Positions 54,446 through 63,589 of a stretch of 63,644 nt of DNA are shown in pieces. The position numbers and the translations under genes are program-made. The notes under the pieces are model-generated. The model had not been told where the DNA came from. It ran no database searches and saw nothing but the letters and a program-made list of their open reading frames with translations. Origin of the DNA: an uncultured Methanosarcinales archaeon (lineage in GTDB: Archaea; Nanobdellota; Nanobdellia; Woesearchaeales; GW2011-AR9); NCBI GenBank assembly GCA_964576385.1, contig CAZNUS010000001.1, forward strand, positions 30,668-94,311, in the 5' to 3' direction. Numbering within the stretch: position 1 is the first letter of the stretch; every line of letters starts with the position of its first letter.

Positions 54446-55093
54446 CTATTTTTCACTAAGAATAACCTTGAGCTCATTAATACTTTTCTTGGGATCAATA
54501 GATTTAGATACAAAACTTCCTGAGACAAAATAATCCGCTCCACCTTTTTTTGCATCTTTAATCGTTTGTAGGTTTATTCCTCCATCAACGATAATTTTTA
54601 TTTTAGAATTAAGCTTTTTTATTTTAGAGATTTTCTTCAGCTGCTCCGGTAAAAATGGCGCACCATAATATCCTGGATGGACAGTTAAGATCAGCAGGTA
54701 ATCTATAATCTCTAAATAACCTCTTAGTTGATCTATTCCTGTTTCTGGTCTCAAAGCAAAGGCAATTGGCTTCTTTTCTTTTTTCATCCAAGAGATAAAT
54801 TTATTTTTATCTTCAATAGCTTCCCAATGAGGGATGATTAAATTCACTTCTCTTTTATGCTTTTCAATCCACGTTTCTGGATCTTTGATCATCAGGTGGG
54901 CATTATAACTAAATCCTTTTCTTAGCTTAAACGGGAAATTAAAATAATTTGTAGGTACAAATTTTCCATCAGTAACATCTAGATGCAGTTCCTTTGAAAC
55001 TCCCCTTAACTTCTTTAGCAATACTACTAATTCTTCTTGATTTTTAGGCATGACTGAAGGCCAGATCTTGTCTTTCATCACTGCAGGCGCCAT
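54446..55093 (-). CDS. rpe: ribulose-phosphate 3-epimerase-like protein
   Basis: IWPSVM, HLDVTDGKFVP, HPGYYGAPF and VDGGIN. Confidence 0.7.
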   Translation of the reverse strand: MAPAVMKDKIWPSVMPKNQEELVVLLKKLRGVSKELHLDVTDGKFVPTNYFNFPFKLRKGFSYNAHLMIKDPETWIEKHKREVNLIIPHWEAIEDKNKFISWMKKEKKPIAFALRPETGIDQLRGYLEIIDYLLILTVHPGYYGAPFLPEQLKKISKIKKLNSKIKIIVDGGINLQTIKDAKKGGADYFVSGSFVSKSIDPKKSINELKVILSEK

Positions 55094-55103
55094 AGTTTTT
55101 GGA

Positions 55104-55559
55104 TCATTTTTCTAATTTCTTTATTTTATTTAATCTTCTGATATGCCTTTCCTCATGGGAAAAGGGTATTTTTATCCATAATTCAACCATCTCTTCAACT
55201 TCCTTTTCTGAAACGTAGTCTGCAGGTATGCACAGAATATTAGCATTGTCATCATTTTTTGTGCTAGCGACCATTGATTTAGAAAAACCCGTTACTGCTC
55301 TTATTCCTTTAACTTTATTAGTAGCGATGCATACCCCTTGGCCATTTCTACAGAGAACAATACCCAAACTATCCTTTGATTCAGCTACAGACCTAGCAAC
55401 AGGTATAACATAATCAGCGTAATCATCATTTTTATCAAGAGTGAAGGGGCCTTTGTCTTCAACAGTAAAGCCCTTTTTTTTAAGAAATAAGATTATTTTT
55501 TTCTTTAACTCAAATCCACCATGGTCAGAGCCGATATAAATCTTGTTTGACATCATCAT
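55104..55559 (-). CDS. rpiB: ribose-5-phosphate isomerase B (RpiB/LacA family)
   Basis: The start was refined to the ATG triplet run at 55551-55559, preceded by AAGGTG. KIYIGSDHGGFELKKKI and LCRNGQGVCIATNK are present. Confidence 0.8.
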   Translation of the reverse strand: MMMSNKIYIGSDHGGFELKKKIILFLKKKGFTVEDKGPFTLDKNDDYADYVIPVARSVAESKDSLGIVLCRNGQGVCIATNKVKGIRAVTGFSKSMVASTKNDDNANILCIPADYVSEKEVEEMVELWIKIPFSHEERHIRRLNKIKKLEK

Positions 55560-55626
55560 CACCTTTTTTAATACCAATAACAGTAAACTGAAATATGTTT
55601 TTTAATCTATCGGTATAATCAATAAC

Positions 55627-56244
55627 TTATTTTTCTCTGATTTTCCTTAACATTTGATCATGATATTTTGAAAACATCAACAACGAAAGTATAGCGCCAA
55701 TTAAAGCTAAGAGCATATCCCATTGGGTGTCCCAAATATCACCTTGCGTTCCTAAAAAAGCATTTCCAGTTCCTGGAGAAGTTACTAACGATGCACCCCA
55801 TTCTAACAATTCATACCCTGCGCTGATCATTAACACTACGCTTATGACTAAGAAGAACAGCATCTTTCCTCTCTCAAGCTTGGTATTTCTCAAAAGAACT
55901 TCTCTGATGATGATTGCCGGGAAAAAACCTTGGGCTAAATGACCTAAACGATCGTAATGATTTCTGGTCAAATCGAAATAATCTTTGATCCAATTAAATA
56001 AAGGATTTTCTGCATAAGTGTAGTGTCCTCCAACTATTAAAAGGATGGAATGAACCGCCACAAACACATAGACCATGTTGGTAAACTTAAATTTTGGATA
56101 CGTTGCAGCAAGGATGCCTATACCAATTAAAGCAGGAAATACTTCTAAAAGCCAAACACCATAATCTTTAGGATCGATCAACGACCAAATTAAAATCGCT
56201 AAAACGATAATCCCCAAAATGACTAAGAATCTTTTTTGTTTCAT
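55627..56244 (-). CDS. DUF2238 (YjdF-like) integral membrane protein
   Basis: About 6 TM segments. RNHYDRLGHLAQGFFPAIIIRE resembles the conserved YjdF-family loop. Confidence 0.45.
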   Translation of the reverse strand: MKQKRFLVILGIIVLAILIWSLIDPKDYGVWLLEVFPALIGIGILAATYPKFKFTNMVYVFVAVHSILLIVGGHYTYAENPLFNWIKDYFDLTRNHYDRLGHLAQGFFPAIIIREVLLRNTKLERGKMLFFLVISVVLMISAGYELLEWGASLVTSPGTGNAFLGTQGDIWDTQWDMLLALIGAILSLLMFSKYHDQMLRKIREK

Positions 56245-57155
56245 GCTTTACCTTTGCTTCCCAACAATGTAATTCTTTGTTCAACTACCTTGGCGATTTG
56301 TTCCCGAGCTGGTGCTAACATATTTCTAGGATCAAATTCTTCTGGCTTATTCTTAACAACCTTCCGGATGCCTACATCAAATGCTAATCTTAAATCCGTA
56401 TCCATATTCACTTTACAGATGCCTTGTCTAATTGCTGCTTTTACTTGAGTATCAGGAACTCCCTGCATTTCTCCCAGCTTAGCTCCATATTTCTGAGCCA
56501 GATGTACAAGTGATATCGGTACGCCAGAAGCTCCATGCAGAACTAAAGGTATTTTCACTTTCTGCCTGATCTCTTTTAACAAATCGATCCTTAGCCGTGC
56601 TTTTCCTGCAAATTTATAAGCTCCATGTGAAGTTCCAATGGCTACTGCCAAAAAATCACAGCCAGTTTTCTCCACAAATTCTTTTGCTTTGAATGGATCT
56701 GTGTATAGGATATTTCGCGCCTCTACTTTATCTTCTGCGCCTCCTATTGTTCCCAGCTCAGCCTCAACAGAAACACTTTTTTGATGCGCTAAATGAACTA
56801 TTTTCTTAGTAAGTGATATATTTTTCTCAAAAGGAAAATGTGATGCATCAATCATCACTGAAGAATATCCCACTTTGATCGCCCGTTTAATTATTTTGAT
56901 ATCTCTTCCATGATCAAGATGTAAGGCAATAGGAATTTTAATCTTTTCAGAAGCGGTTTTGACCATGCCATACAAAAGATCCATCCCGGCGTATTCGATA
57001 GCTCCTTCTGACGTTGCTAAGATTAATGGAGATTTTAATTTGACCCCTGCCTGCACAATACCTTGCATGATCTCTAAGTCATTGATATTGAAATGCCCTA
57101 TAGCATAATGTCCGCGTTGGGCTTTTTTGAGTAAAGTTTTGGTGTTAGCTAACAT
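56241..57155 (-). CDS. fba: class II fructose-bisphosphate aldolase
   Basis: GHYAIGHFNINDLE, HLDHG and IGTSHGAYKF. A 4-nt overlap with the downstream membrane gene is present. Confidence 0.85.
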   Translation of the reverse strand: MLANTKTLLKKAQRGHYAIGHFNINDLEIMQGIVQAGVKLKSPLILATSEGAIEYAGMDLLYGMVKTASEKIKIPIALHLDHGRDIKIIKRAIKVGYSSVMIDASHFPFEKNISLTKKIVHLAHQKSVSVEAELGTIGGAEDKVEARNILYTDPFKAKEFVEKTGCDFLAVAIGTSHGAYKFAGKARLRIDLLKEIRQKVKIPLVLHGASGVPISLVHLAQKYGAKLGEMQGVPDTQVKAAIRQGICKVNMDTDLRLAFDVGIRKVVKNKPEEFDPRNMLAPAREQIAKVVEQRITLLGSKGKA

Positions 57156-57274
57156 TGGACCTCTTTTGATAAATATTAAGAAACGGACCTATATAAATTA
57201 TAGGGAGGGAATTTCTTTAATATTTACATAAATATTAGAAATATTTAAATATATGATATATCTACGTAATTAAA

Positions 57275-57511
57275 ATGGGAACAATAACTATAAGCATAAA
57301 TGATGAAACTGAAGAGATATTTAGGGAAGTAGTAGAGCAAGAGCTGGGAACAGGAAAAGGAAAACTAGGCCAAGCCGTACAAGAAGCTCTTCAAGAATGG
57401 ATTAAAGAAAAAAAAGAAGAAGAGATCGCTAAAAGACAGCTTGTTTTTTTAGAAAAGGGATATAAATTCGGTAAATTTAAATTTTCGCGGGATGAGCTTC
57501 ATGAACGATAA
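57275..57511 (+). CDS. ribbon-helix-helix-type antitoxin (VapB-like)
   Basis: 78 aa. The N-terminal beta-strand TITISINDETEE is followed by helices. It overlaps the PIN gene by 20 nt. Confidence 0.6.
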   Translation: MGTITISINDETEEIFREVVEQELGTGKGKLGQAVQEALQEWIKEKKEEEIAKRQLVFLEKGYKFGKFKFSRDELHER

Positions 57512-57944
57512 TACTAAGATATACCTTATTGATACTAATATTTTAGTTTATGCTTATGATCATACTGACCGTAAAAAGCATCAGTGTGCTAAAGATCTTC
57601 TGGAAAAATGCTGGAAAAAAGAAGTTGCTTATGCTATTTCTTCTCAGAATTTAGCTGAATTTTTTATAATCATTACCAAAAAAGTACCTTCACCGCTAAC
57701 AGTAGAAGAAGCTGAGCAGATTATCGCTGATATCTGTTCTTTTTCTTCTTGGAAAGTGTTACGCTATACTGAAGAAACTATCCAGATGGCAATTAAGCTT
57801 TACAAGAAAGAAAAGAAACATTTCTGGGATGCTCTTATTGCTGCGACGATGCTGGAGGCAGGCATCACCCATATTTATACTGAAAATGAGAAGGATTTAC
57901 GGTCTTTTGAAGGGTTATCAGTAATTAATCCTTTAACTAATTAG
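57492..57944 (+). CDS. vapC: PIN-domain toxin (VapC-like)
   Basis: IYLIDTNILVYAYD carries the first acidic residue. Later acidic residues are in SSQNLAEF and WDALIAAT. Length is about 150 aa. Confidence 0.75.
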   Translation: MSFMNDNTKIYLIDTNILVYAYDHTDRKKHQCAKDLLEKCWKKEVAYAISSQNLAEFFIIITKKVPSPLTVEEAEQIIADICSFSSWKVLRYTEETIQMAIKLYKKEKKHFWDALIAATMLEAGITHIYTENEKDLRSFEGLSVINPLTN

Positions 57945-57990
57945 GCTATTTTATTTTCTTAAACAAAAATTATTTTCTTAGACAAAAACT

Positions 57991-59316
57991 TTAATTTACT
58001 TGATCTAAAAAGCTTAATATCACTTTATCTGTTGCTGGATCATATCCTCTGAAAAAAAGCATATGTGCTTGATAATCATCAAAACCTCTTCTTAATTTAT
58101 ATAACAGATCAAAAAATTCTTGTTGTACTAAATGTTCTTTAGAGCGGTCTAACTTCTTAATATTAGAATCTATCCTCTCTCGGTATTCGGTTACAACAAC
58201 TCCCTTGCGCCTACCTCTGCCCCTGTCAGCAGCAAAGAGATAAGGCGGGTAAATCAAATCAAAATGTTTTGGTGGCAATGCCATCATCTCCTTACATAGC
58301 TTCATGTTATTTATCGCATGGATTATACTTTCATTTTTTACTTCAACTTTTGCATGGTAACTAACTCCGTCAATCTCAAAATAATTAGTCCATTCAGGGC
58401 CTTCCGTACCAGGCACAACAAACAATGGCTCGTACTTATAGGATGGCGCATTATCATCATAGGGATTAGGGAATTTGACCGGCTTATATACAACGCCCCA
58501 AACCCCTCCAAAAACTCTTCTTATCACCTTTTCAAAGATTTGACCAAAATTAGCCAATGTTTTCAATGATAAATCCTGGATAGTATGATCCGGAATAAAA
58601 ACTCTAGTCTTAACTCCTAACCGCGTTCGGAAGTGATAAATAACACCAAATTCTCCTTTTTCAAAACTCTCTATTTTTCCTAGATAAGGCCCTTTAAGTA
58701 ATTCCTGAGAAGAACTGCCGCTTCTACCTTCAGTCATGGCAAATATTTGTTTGGCTTTGATTAAACTAGCTTGTAATCCTTCAATCCAAGTTTCAATTTG
58801 TTTTACTTGTTTTGTTATTTTAGTTAATAGGCTTTGTAATTCCCTGTTAACCGCTGCTGCCTTTTGCTCATCATGGCTAGATGCAATATCTGCTAACAGT
58901 TGTATTTCAGCTTCTGCCTTCGTTAATTCCTGGCTTAACAACCCTTCATATCTAGAAGCATACTCAACCAAAACATTATGTTCAATCTCAAATTCCCCAA
59001 CTATTTTTCTAATTTCTGTGAAAATATCATAATGGTTCTTAACAAAATCATGATGATCACCTAAAAAAAGAGAAAGATTACCATACATCTTTTCAAGATC
59101 TTCCTTTACTTTTTCTTCAAAAATAGCTGCTCTTCTTTCTGCTAAAGAAACATAGCGAAGAACCTTTATGGCTTTTCTAACTTCTGTTTTTTCTTTTTCA
59201 GGATTAGTCTCTTGTTCTATCCCTTCTAATTCTTTGATTAGTTCCTGGACATATTTAAACTCAGCAGCAGCCCAAGCCACAGCAAGGTTAAGGTCTTTTA
59301 TTACTTTCTCTGCCAT
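57991..59316 (-). CDS. orphan hypothetical protein (441 aa): helical N-terminal half, beta-rich C-terminal half
   Basis: Uninterrupted ORF with no recognised motif. It is convergent with vapBC. Confidence 0.5.
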   Translation of the reverse strand: MAEKVIKDLNLAVAWAAAEFKYVQELIKELEGIEQETNPEKEKTEVRKAIKVLRYVSLAERRAAIFEEKVKEDLEKMYGNLSLFLGDHHDFVKNHYDIFTEIRKIVGEFEIEHNVLVEYASRYEGLLSQELTKAEAEIQLLADIASSHDEQKAAAVNRELQSLLTKITKQVKQIETWIEGLQASLIKAKQIFAMTEGRSGSSSQELLKGPYLGKIESFEKGEFGVIYHFRTRLGVKTRVFIPDHTIQDLSLKTLANFGQIFEKVIRRVFGGVWGVVYKPVKFPNPYDDNAPSYKYEPLFVVPGTEGPEWTNYFEIDGVSYHAKVEVKNESIIHAINNMKLCKEMMALPPKHFDLIYPPYLFAADRGRGRRKGVVVTEYRERIDSNIKKLDRSKEHLVQQEFFDLLYKLRRGFDDYQAHMLFFRGYDPATDKVILSFLDQVN

Positions 59317-59367
59317 GAAAACAAAAAAGCTTCAGAACTTAAATATCTTCCTGTAAAATGGCACTAT

Positions 59368-60324
59368 TTACTGAAGTTTTCTTGCCACTATCTTATACTT
59401 TTTTATGAACATCAATGCTTCTTTCTCTGACAGCAATCCGCTTTTTGTACCGATCATCTGAATAACTGAAGAAGAATTAGCTTGCCCTAAACAGAGAGCA
59501 TCAGCAAAGGACTTTTTTTTAATTATTCCTGCTAAAAATCCTGATGTAAACGCATCCCCAGCCCCGGCAGTATGGACTACAGATATATCTGGCGGATTTA
59601 AAGAATATTTATCTGCTCCATTTCCAGCATAGAGTTTTCTTGGTCCATCGGTTATAATTACTATTTTTGGGCCTAATCTCTGCAATAAATTGATCATTTC
59701 GGTAGAACTTTTCTTCACTTTCAGTAAAGCCTGTGCTTCTTCTTTATTTAATACTAAACAAGTAGTTGCTCGTAACACTTTTTTTAAGTATGGAATGCCT
59801 TTCTCTGCCAGATATAATGATGGATTAAACAGCATTTTTTTATTTTTTTCCCTGGCATAATCAGCTAACTCTTCTGCTACGCTAAATGACTTCCCCCACA
59901 AGGTAGCTAGGTAGATCCAATGAGCTCGCAATTTTCTTTTAGAAAAATCAGCTTTATTCAATTCCGCAGAAGCTCCTTTGTGTACTAAGATCACTCTATC
60001 CTTCTCTTGCAAGGAATGAATTAATGTTGAGAAATCCGTGCTTTTATTACTACGATGTTTGCAAATATTTTTTATTTTTAACTGCTTTAGTTCTTTTAGG
60101 ATGAATTCAGCATGGTGGTCATTTCCAAGTTTTGTTAATGTTTTTACTTTTAGGCCCATCTTTGCTAAAGCGGCAGCAGAATTGCCTGCCCCTCCGCCGG
60201 TATGATATTCAGAATCTTTAACTATTATTTTATCACCTAGCCTTAACGAAGAAAATGGTTCTTTGATGGTTAGAAAATGATCTACTGTTGCTGAACCTAC
60301 ACAAAGTACATCGTATTTGAACAT
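59368..60324 (-). CDS. PfkB-family carbohydrate kinase (ribokinase-like)
   Basis: DVLCVGSATVDHF, a GG dipeptide region, and the C-terminal TAGAGDAFTSGFLAG motif. Confidence 0.8.
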   Translation of the reverse strand: MFKYDVLCVGSATVDHFLTIKEPFSSLRLGDKIIVKDSEYHTGGGAGNSAAALAKMGLKVKTLTKLGNDHHAEFILKELKQLKIKNICKHRSNKSTDFSTLIHSLQEKDRVILVHKGASAELNKADFSKRKLRAHWIYLATLWGKSFSVAEELADYAREKNKKMLFNPSLYLAEKGIPYLKKVLRATTCLVLNKEEAQALLKVKKSSTEMINLLQRLGPKIVIITDGPRKLYAGNGADKYSLNPPDISVVHTAGAGDAFTSGFLAGIIKKKSFADALCLGQANSSSVIQMIGTKSGLLSEKEALMFIKKYKIVARKLQ

Positions 60325-60405
60325 CTTTCCTCTTTTTTAGGGAGTATCATTTACTGGTTTAAAATAGTTGCTGTTGCGGAAGGTAGTTTCTGCTTTGACA
60401 AATTT

Positions 60406-60927
60406 CTATTCAGAAAGCATCTTTAATATTTCCTTACCAAATTTCTCTGCGGCAACTGGGCCATTGGCAGTAATGATCTTTCCATCAACAGTAACATCTT
60501 TTCCTGTATAACTTGCTCCCTTGCTTTCTAACAATACTGACTGCTTTTTATCTAAATTCCAAACGGTGGCTTTTTTTTCCTGCAGCACACCAGAATAAGC
60601 TAAAATAGTTGGAGCGATGCAGATAGCTGCTAATATCTTTCGTTGCAATACGGCTTCCTGAGCAATTTTTTGCGCTTCCTTATCCTGTTGGTAGGCAACT
60701 GCCCCAGGTCCACCGATAAAAACGACTGCATCATAATCCATAACTTTTACCCCTGATAAGGCTAATTCTACCTTCGTCTTTCCACCTAAAGAACCTTCCG
60801 CAAAACCTTGCTTCTTAGAAGCAGTTATTACTTTAATGCCTGCATTTTCCAAAATTTCTTTTGGAGCACTATATTCATGGTCTTGATAACCTAGCTGTGC
60901 AATAATTATTAAAACTTTTTTTATCAT
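60406..60927 (-). CDS. DJ-1/PfpI-family protein
   Basis: Nucleophile elbow AAICIAPTILA, with VVFIGGPG upstream. Confidence 0.8.
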   Translation of the reverse strand: MIKKVLIIIAQLGYQDHEYSAPKEILENAGIKVITASKKQGFAEGSLGGKTKVELALSGVKVMDYDAVVFIGGPGAVAYQQDKEAQKIAQEAVLQRKILAAICIAPTILAYSGVLQEKKATVWNLDKKQSVLLESKGASYTGKDVTVDGKIITANGPVAAEKFGKEILKMLSE

Positions 60928-60983
60928 GTTTTGTGAGAAATAGCCTGAACATTAAAAATCTAACTACTTCCTTTACGACCAAA

Positions 60984-61925
60984 TTAATAGGCACTACTCT
61001 TGATTTCTTTTTCCAATTCTTTCTTAGAGCGGTAAAAGAAGTATCCAATTACACTAAAAGTAATAACTGGAGAGATCCAAGCGGGGATATGAACTCCGAA
61101 ACTATCTGCTAACATGATTACCCCTAAGCATAGAATAGAATACATCGCTCCATTCTTTAACAATTTATACTTTTTAACTCTCTCGATATTGCCGATAGTT
61201 AACTGTCTCACTACTATAGCTCCTAATCCATTCCCTATCAAAATTAAAGGTATGGAGAGAGTGAAAGCAAAAGCTCCCAATACTCCATCTATAGAGAATG
61301 TTGCATCAATAACTTCTAAGTAAAGTATCTTGCTCAGATCACTAATTCCCGAATTTTTGTGGAGCATCTGGTGCTCAACTTTTTCTGCGTTCTGCTTAAA
61401 GCCGTGAGTGATAAAGAAAGCAGTTGAGCCGATTACTGCGCCAAATGCCATCAACGGGCTTTTTTTAAGGGCAAACCAGACTACTCCTGCTAATATAATA
61501 GAGACTACTGCAAAGAACCAAACACCTTGTCGTTCAAAAAATCTTTCTGCATGCAATCCGATAACCTTTGGCTCAAGAAAAAGCCAATGGAAGAATAAAA
61601 AGATCAAGAATATTCCTGCACCACTTAGCAAAATAGGGGCAGATGCTTCCATTGCTTCTGCTACTAACGGATCGGAGCTAAACGTAGCCATAAACGAGCC
61701 TAAGAATCCTAAACCTGGATTGGTCGCCCAGATAATTATCCAAGGTAAAAAACCTCGCACTAGGAACACGGCAATAAGAATGCCGTAACGGAGAAACCAT
61801 TTTCTTGCTTTTTGTGAAACATGTCCTAATACTTCCGCATTGATGACTGCATTGTCGATACTGTTGATTACTTCAAATAAACATAACCCTAGAACAACCA
61901 GGATCATGGAAAGTATATCGATCAT
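60984..61925 (-). CDS. DUF475 / TerC-superfamily integral membrane protein
   Basis: A SIDNAVINAEVL motif near the N-terminus and multiple TM segments. Confidence 0.5.
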   Translation of the reverse strand: MIDILSMILVVLGLCLFEVINSIDNAVINAEVLGHVSQKARKWFLRYGILIAVFLVRGFLPWIIIWATNPGLGFLGSFMATFSSDPLVAEAMEASAPILLSGAGIFLIFLFFHWLFLEPKVIGLHAERFFERQGVWFFAVVSIILAGVVWFALKKSPLMAFGAVIGSTAFFITHGFKQNAEKVEHQMLHKNSGISDLSKILYLEVIDATFSIDGVLGAFAFTLSIPLILIGNGLGAIVVRQLTIGNIERVKKYKLLKNGAMYSILCLGVIMLADSFGVHIPAWISPVITFSVIGYFFYRSKKELEKEIKSSAY

Positions 61926-62128
61926 ATTACTTAGTTCGGTTCATCTGATTTAAATATTTTCCGAAAGAAAATGCTTTGAAATGTGTTGAAGGCTTAGCAC
62001 AATGCTAGAATAATACTGTTCATTGAATAATTTCCCTCAGAAAAATAATTACATTTATCCCCTACTTAACTTCCACTTCCTTTGAACCTATCATAACTTA
62101 TTTAAATTAAGAAGGTATTGGACCAATC

Positions 62129-62740
62129 ATGCCTAAAAACAATTTCCTGTTAGTAGATCTCAATGAACCTCAAACCAAAAAGCTGGCGGAAACCATCACT
62201 TCAGAAACCAGCCGAAAAATATTAAATTATTTGGCTGATAAAGAGCACGGCACAGAAGCGCAAATATCTAAAGAATTAGCTTTACCGATCTCTACAGTGC
62301 ATTACCACCTTCAAAAACTGCTCGAAGCCAGCTTGCTGAAAGTGGAAGAATTTCATTATAGTCCAAAAGGGAGGGAAGTGAATCACTATCAGCTTGCTAA
62401 CAAGTACATTATTATCACCCCGCAAAAAATATCCGGGTTAAAAGAGAAATTGAGAGGGATATTGCCAGTTTTAGGGATAAGTTTAGGTATTGCTGCAGTG
62501 ATAAAAATAGTAACTTCCTTTGATTCAGTCTTCTTTAAAAGCAGCTCTATAGAAGCTATCAGTGAAGAAACTGCGGAATACTCTAGTTTTATGGTCGCTG
62601 AAAAAGTATCTGAAGTTGTTCCTGCAATTTCTCAATCTATTGACATAGCATTATGGTTTGCAGTAGGAAGTGTAACTACTGTGCTAATTTATGTTATTTT
62701 TGTTATAGTTAAGGAAAAATATCTTCGGAAAAGAAGTTAA
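62129..62740 (+). CDS. ArsR-type winged-helix protein with C-terminal TM segments
   Basis: ETSRKILNYLADKEHGTEAQISKELALPISTVHYHLQKLLEASLL is followed by two hydrophobic segments. Confidence 0.65.
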   Translation: MPKNNFLLVDLNEPQTKKLAETITSETSRKILNYLADKEHGTEAQISKELALPISTVHYHLQKLLEASLLKVEEFHYSPKGREVNHYQLANKYIIITPQKISGLKEKLRGILPVLGISLGIAAVIKIVTSFDSVFFKSSSIEAISEETAEYSSFMVAEKVSEVVPAISQSIDIALWFAVGSVTTVLIYVIFVIVKEKYLRKRS

Positions 62741-62764
62741 AAAAAAATAGTGTACTAAAAAAAT

Positions 62765-62924
62765 GTATTTGTTTAGCTCGGCGCGGTCAAATGTGTGGAT
62801 TTTAAATTGGGAACGTTTATGAGACCCATCGTTCGGTTTCCTCGATTCAACAGTTTATTTTTGGATGAATAAACGCATTCATAAACCGACAAAATCCACG
62901 ACCGCCGGATTGCTAAACAAATAC
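62765..62924. repeat. long-hairpin element, family A copy 3 (160 bp)
   Basis: It has the same termini as A1 and A2. The interior is closely related to A1 (GTGGATTTT/AAAATCCAC and GTTTATGA/TCATAAAC). Confidence 0.88.
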
Positions 62925-62947
62925 AACAAAATTAAAAAAATAAAAAT

Positions 62948-63002
62948 TTATCTCCTTCTTTTAACCCACCTTACGCCTAGCCATACTAATGCGCCTGCGA
63001 TT
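62948..63002. repeat. 55-bp exact direct repeat, copy 1 (a gene 3'-end remnant on the minus strand)
   Basis: Identical to 63590-63644. On the minus strand it reads ...AIAGALVWLGVRWVKRRR-stop, a TM anchor plus basic tail. No long ORF lies upstream of it. Confidence 0.85.
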
Positions 63003-63066
63003 GCATAATATATATAAATAATAAGATTATTGCAAAGATTATAAATTAAGGCAGGCTGATAGTGAT

Positions 63067-63471
63067 ATGAATGAAAGATTAAGATACATTACTGAACTTC
63101 AAGCGATTTTAAAAATAAGCGTACTCCCTAAGTTAGAAGCCATATTAAAGAAATATTTTAAAATAAAGATCAGAACAGAGTTATTGGATAAATTTGAAGA
63201 ACAATTTTCTATAGGCCAGATGCTAGTTGTAAAAAATAAAAAAGACAGGTCAACACTTTTAGAAATAAACATTGGTTTTCACAGTACAGATGAAGATTTT
63301 ACTTCTCTTGATAGTATTTCTCTCAGTGGAGATATAAAAACTAACCTTTTTTCCGATAAATTAGAGGTTATTCAACTCTGGTACGAAGAAATGGAATCTG
63401 CTTTGGAGGCATATATTCAACCAGAAGAAGGAGTAACTGCATTTAAATTAAGGGCAGTAGTGCAAACTTAA
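63067..63471 (+). CDS. hypothetical protein (134 aa)
   Basis: ATG-initiated ORF lying between the two 55-bp direct repeats. No motif was recognised. Confidence 0.45.
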   Translation: MNERLRYITELQAILKISVLPKLEAILKKYFKIKIRTELLDKFEEQFSIGQMLVVKNKKDRSTLLEINIGFHSTDEDFTSLDSISLSGDIKTNLFSDKLEVIQLWYEEMESALEAYIQPEEGVTAFKLRAVVQT

Positions 63472-63589
63472 TTTCACCAAAATCAGAATTTATTGAAAAG
63501 TGATTATCTTTAACATGAAAAAAAAGCAACTGAAATGCGTGTTATTCTTCTAGATAAAAATAACTTTTCAACAAAATAAATTAAAAAAA

